A stretch of 64,000 nt of DNA from Macrostomum lignano (taxonomy: Eukaryota). This document shows, piece after piece, positions 60,680 through 64,000 of the stretch. The notes beneath the pieces were generated by a model, which made no database searches, was not told the origin of the DNA, and saw only the letters and a program-made list of their open reading frames with translations. The stretch's first letter is position 1. Each line of letters begins with the position of its first letter. The stretch is from contig NIVC01000975.1 of NCBI GenBank assembly GCA_002269645.1, positions 332,615-396,614 on the forward strand, in the 5' to 3' direction. A program made the translations under genes and the position numbers.

Positions 60680-63117
60680 AACTCCCTTCGGTGCGGACTT
60701 TGCGATCTCAACCAGGCTGATGCCCAGAAGGTCGGCAATGCTGTCGCTCGCGTCCCAGCGACCATCGAATTGCTGGTTCCTGCGATCAGCATGACTGGAT
60801 CGCTGCTGACATCGCGAGCTGTTGAAGCGCAAGAAAAAATCGCTTTCAGTTCACGCTTATTCTTGGCAGCGCGGCTGTCATCCGGCAGTGATGAAAATGC
60901 AAGATATTCCGTTTCCAAATCGTAACAATTTTCATCCGATTCATTTATAGCGGTTGCGTAATAGCCATCCACAGCTGCCATATCCATCCTGCAAGAACTC
61001 AGTGCAAGCCTGGGCTGCTCTTCCTCGCATCGAAGTCGTCTAGAGAACGTCGAAGCTTCCTTTTTCTTACCAGCACCTGCCTTTTCCTTCTTGCTACCTG
61101 CACTTCTACTAAACAGAGAGGAAAGCGATGGAAGTCCGAACGACATGCCCTTCTTTTTCGGCTTACTCCGCGCATGCGAGTAGAACTGGTGGTCCTGGTC
61201 GGGCATCATGGACCCAACCGCACCCTCATCGTCCCAGCAGTCTTCAATAGACGGATCGTAGCAATTCGGCGATGCGGCTAGTGGCCTTTCCCCCTGCCGC
61301 TTCAGCCTTCGCTCCTCCCGCTTCAGCTCTTCATTGGCCACAGAAACTGGCCTCTTTGTCGTCCTGTCGATGCCAACAAAGGCGGTGTACGCGGAGGCCA
61401 AGTTGGTGGCCAGGCTCAGTTCGATGATGCTCCTTGTGTGCTCTCCGCCACTGTTCGAGTCGCTCCACTCCTTTAACTGCAGCCGAGCGGCCGCTCTGCG
61501 CAGCAGCTGCGACTCCTTAGCAGATTCTCCATCGTGGACGCACTCGATCTCAAAGTCTCTACCGGCAACGGAGAACTTCGCTACAGCCCGAATCGTCATT
61601 GAATTCGCGTCTGGAGACAACAGCAGAAATCGACTCAGCCGAGCTGTTATCGGAACAGCTCCACCAGCTAGTTGCGGATCGGTTGGCACGGTGCCAAGAA
61701 GCACTGACTTGCCGTCAAGTGTGGTTGCGTCAACTCTCAGGTTCTCTACAGCTGCCGACTGAGCAGTTTTCAGCTGAGCGACCACGGCGCTCCTCAGCTG
61801 CTCGGTGACTCCGTCACGGACAAAGTCCGCGCGACCTCCGCCGACTCGAGCAACGCCTTTCACCAGCGCCGTAGAAGCTCCGTGTCCGATCCCGATGGCC
61901 GACAGTCGGCAATCGGAGCCAACAGCCCCGCACTTGCTCAGAACGAGGTCCTTCACTTGATCGGTGTTTGAGACCTCACCATCAGTCAGTAAGAAGAGCA
62001 TCAGCTGACAAGTCGGGTCCGATTGTCAAACGACCATCTCAGCGCAGGCAAAATCTCTGTGCCACCCATGTCCGCTCGCATGGCCTCCTGCAGTCGAACA
62101 GCCTCAGCCAGGGACTGTTGAGAGTAATTCTGGGCTGCTGCTGAACAGCTGGGTGAAGCTTGAGCCGAAGCTGACGACATTGAACTTGCAGCCGGAAGGA
62201 AGTGATTTGAGGAACAACAGGAGCGCCTCCTGTGCTGAACGAATGTTCCGGCCGCTCATCGAGCCGCTCCTGTCGACAACGATGATGAACTCCTTCTGCG
62301 CCGAGTCCCTTGCCTGGGACTCGTCTAGGAATGCCGTGAACTGCGCGATCTCCTGCCGAAGAAAGGCGGATTCGGACCCGGCGGAGCCAGTCTCCCTTGT
62401 CATCACCGCGCCTGAGACGGGCGGCTCAAACTCGGCCACGAGCTCAATATCACAGTCGCTGCCCAGCTGCTCCACCTCGAATTCAGATCGCTCTGACAGC
62501 CACTTCAGCTGTCCTTGGTTGCACTTGACATTGCGCAAGTTTGGAAGGCCGTTCACCTTCCCCCGAAGTTTGAGTCCCGACAGCCATGGTTGAGCAGCGG
62601 TCTGCGAAGGTCCCGAACTCGCGAACTTGTCAAGCCGACTCTCCTCAGGCTCGTATCGCGGCACGAGAACCCTTGGGATTGTGAGGCTCACTTTATCTAT
62701 GCTCGGCGTCTCCAGCTCGACCACGCTGCTCATTTCGATTTTCACCTTGGCCTTGGCAGCCACATTGCCGAGGTAGCACTCCATGAGGTCGGCCGAGCCG
62801 TCCACCTCGGAGGCGAGCGCGGCCGAGTAGCCCGCATCGACAGCCGCTCTGTAGGCGGCCTTGGACTCGGTCTTCTCGCGGCACTCGCACTCGATGGTGC
62901 GATCGTTCAACTCGGCAACCAGTCGGTACACCGAGGCCGACTCGTCAACAGGAAACTTGAACCGAACGTTGCTCAGGGTATCGGAGCTTCGATTGTGGTA
63001 CAGGAGCGAGTAGGTCACGTCAGCGTTCCAACCGATGATGCTGACCTGCACCGAGGACTCGACCAGGCTAAGGGCCGCCGATTTGCTTGCGTTGCCGTCG
63101 TAACAAAGCCAGTCCAT
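60680..63117 (-). CDS. VWA5A: VWA5A/BCSC-1-like (VIT plus vWA) main exon, with three apparent single-base frameshifts
   Basis: VIT: FKFPVDESASVYRL...GNV. vWA MIDAS DRSGSMSG, FNVVSFGS, ADMGGTEI, LLTDGEV, IGIGHGAS; QQFDGRW. ATG at 63117; donor GTT|GTAAGC after 60680. Confidence 0.88.
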
Positions 63118-64000
63118 CTTGAGCTCTGCAGGCAAAGAGCCTTGATAGCAAACAGTTGTTGACGAGCGAGAGCGAGAGGTTGGAATAGAGAGGGGGTTGC
63201 AATGTGCTGTATATAATGCCTGCAGGGCTTGTGAGAGGTTTGGGGTGGGCTTTGAGTGTACAGTCAAATATTTTCCTGCCCTTGTCGCAATCTGTCGCTC
63301 TACCGAAGTACTTTTGCTACACGCATGGTCGTATGGGTGAGAAACATAAATGTCATTCATCCCTGTAAAACTGTGCATTGCAACTGCGCTCATGAAAACG
63401 TGAACAGGCCTTTGCAATTTGCAACACACATCATCTAAACTTGGGTATGCAATTCTATTTTCCCAAACTAGCAGCGTACGCAAGTTTCTATTTTTAGATA
63501 CATGTGTCGCGGCCTTGAAACTGAACGTACGGACTGTCACTGTGATGCCAAAACATCCGAAAAAACGTCCGCCGAACATCCGTATTAAACATCCACAGCA
63601 GGGACAACTAAAACCTAGTTTTAGTTGTCCCTGATCCACAGCGTGGCTATATACGCGTGTTAAAACGACCTTTTTACTAGAACATCCGTATTAAAACCAA
63701 GGACCACTAGGAACACTTCGTTATATAGGACGTAACACTCTCGATTCGTGTAAAAATAGTTGAAGGCCGATTTTCGTTCTCGTATACATTAGTGATCGAT
63801 AGACGAATTGCATGATTTTCAACATAATGTGCTGTTTGCAGAAGCCTAGGGCTATTAATTCCCGAAATTTTGGTTATTTACTGTTTTTTACATTACTTAT
63901 GACTGGGCTAGGCCTATAACTAAAGACTAATAGGTCTAATGTTTATCGACTGGAAACCTAAAGCTAATGTAATAAATACTTTATAGGCCTATACCTTTTT

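Noticed and set aside
63118-63639. N-terminal 174 aa of ORF 62104-63639
   Set aside because: VIT homology begins at Met 63117, which is preceded by an acceptor-like CTGCAG; the upstream open frame has no domain features.

Overview
Eukaryotic (bilaterian animal) genomic DNA with GT-AG introns, GC-rich coding exons and minisatellite-filled introns. The style is reminiscent of the flatworm Macrostomum (inference only). Genes supported by sequence: junctophilin exon 1, a ZMYND8-like PHD/bromo/MYND gene, an AF10/AF17-like (MLLT10) gene, a degenerate calmodulin-like gene, two tandem carbonyl reductases, a PTP1B/TC-PTP-like phosphatase with an orphan tail-anchor ORF downstream, a 4E-T (EIF4ENIF1)-like gene, a C-type lectin/PAN secreted protein and a VWA5A-like (VIT-vWA) gene. 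Mobile DNA: two tRNA-derived SINE copies, two MITEs each with an exact 8-bp TSD, and a young full-length Ty3/gypsy LTR retrotransposon (49944-58632). The standout observation is that this retrotransposon carries, in the env position, a third ORF encoding an Hsp40 J-domain (HPD intact) fused to an HP1-like chromodomain. An acceptor-like CAG sits directly before its ATG and a strong splice donor lies in the LTR, suggesting a spliced subgenomic mRNA. Several single-base homopolymer frameshifts in conserved genes suggest assembly errors. Exon boundaries were placed by eye from splice consensus, phase and remembered homology; no database search was run.
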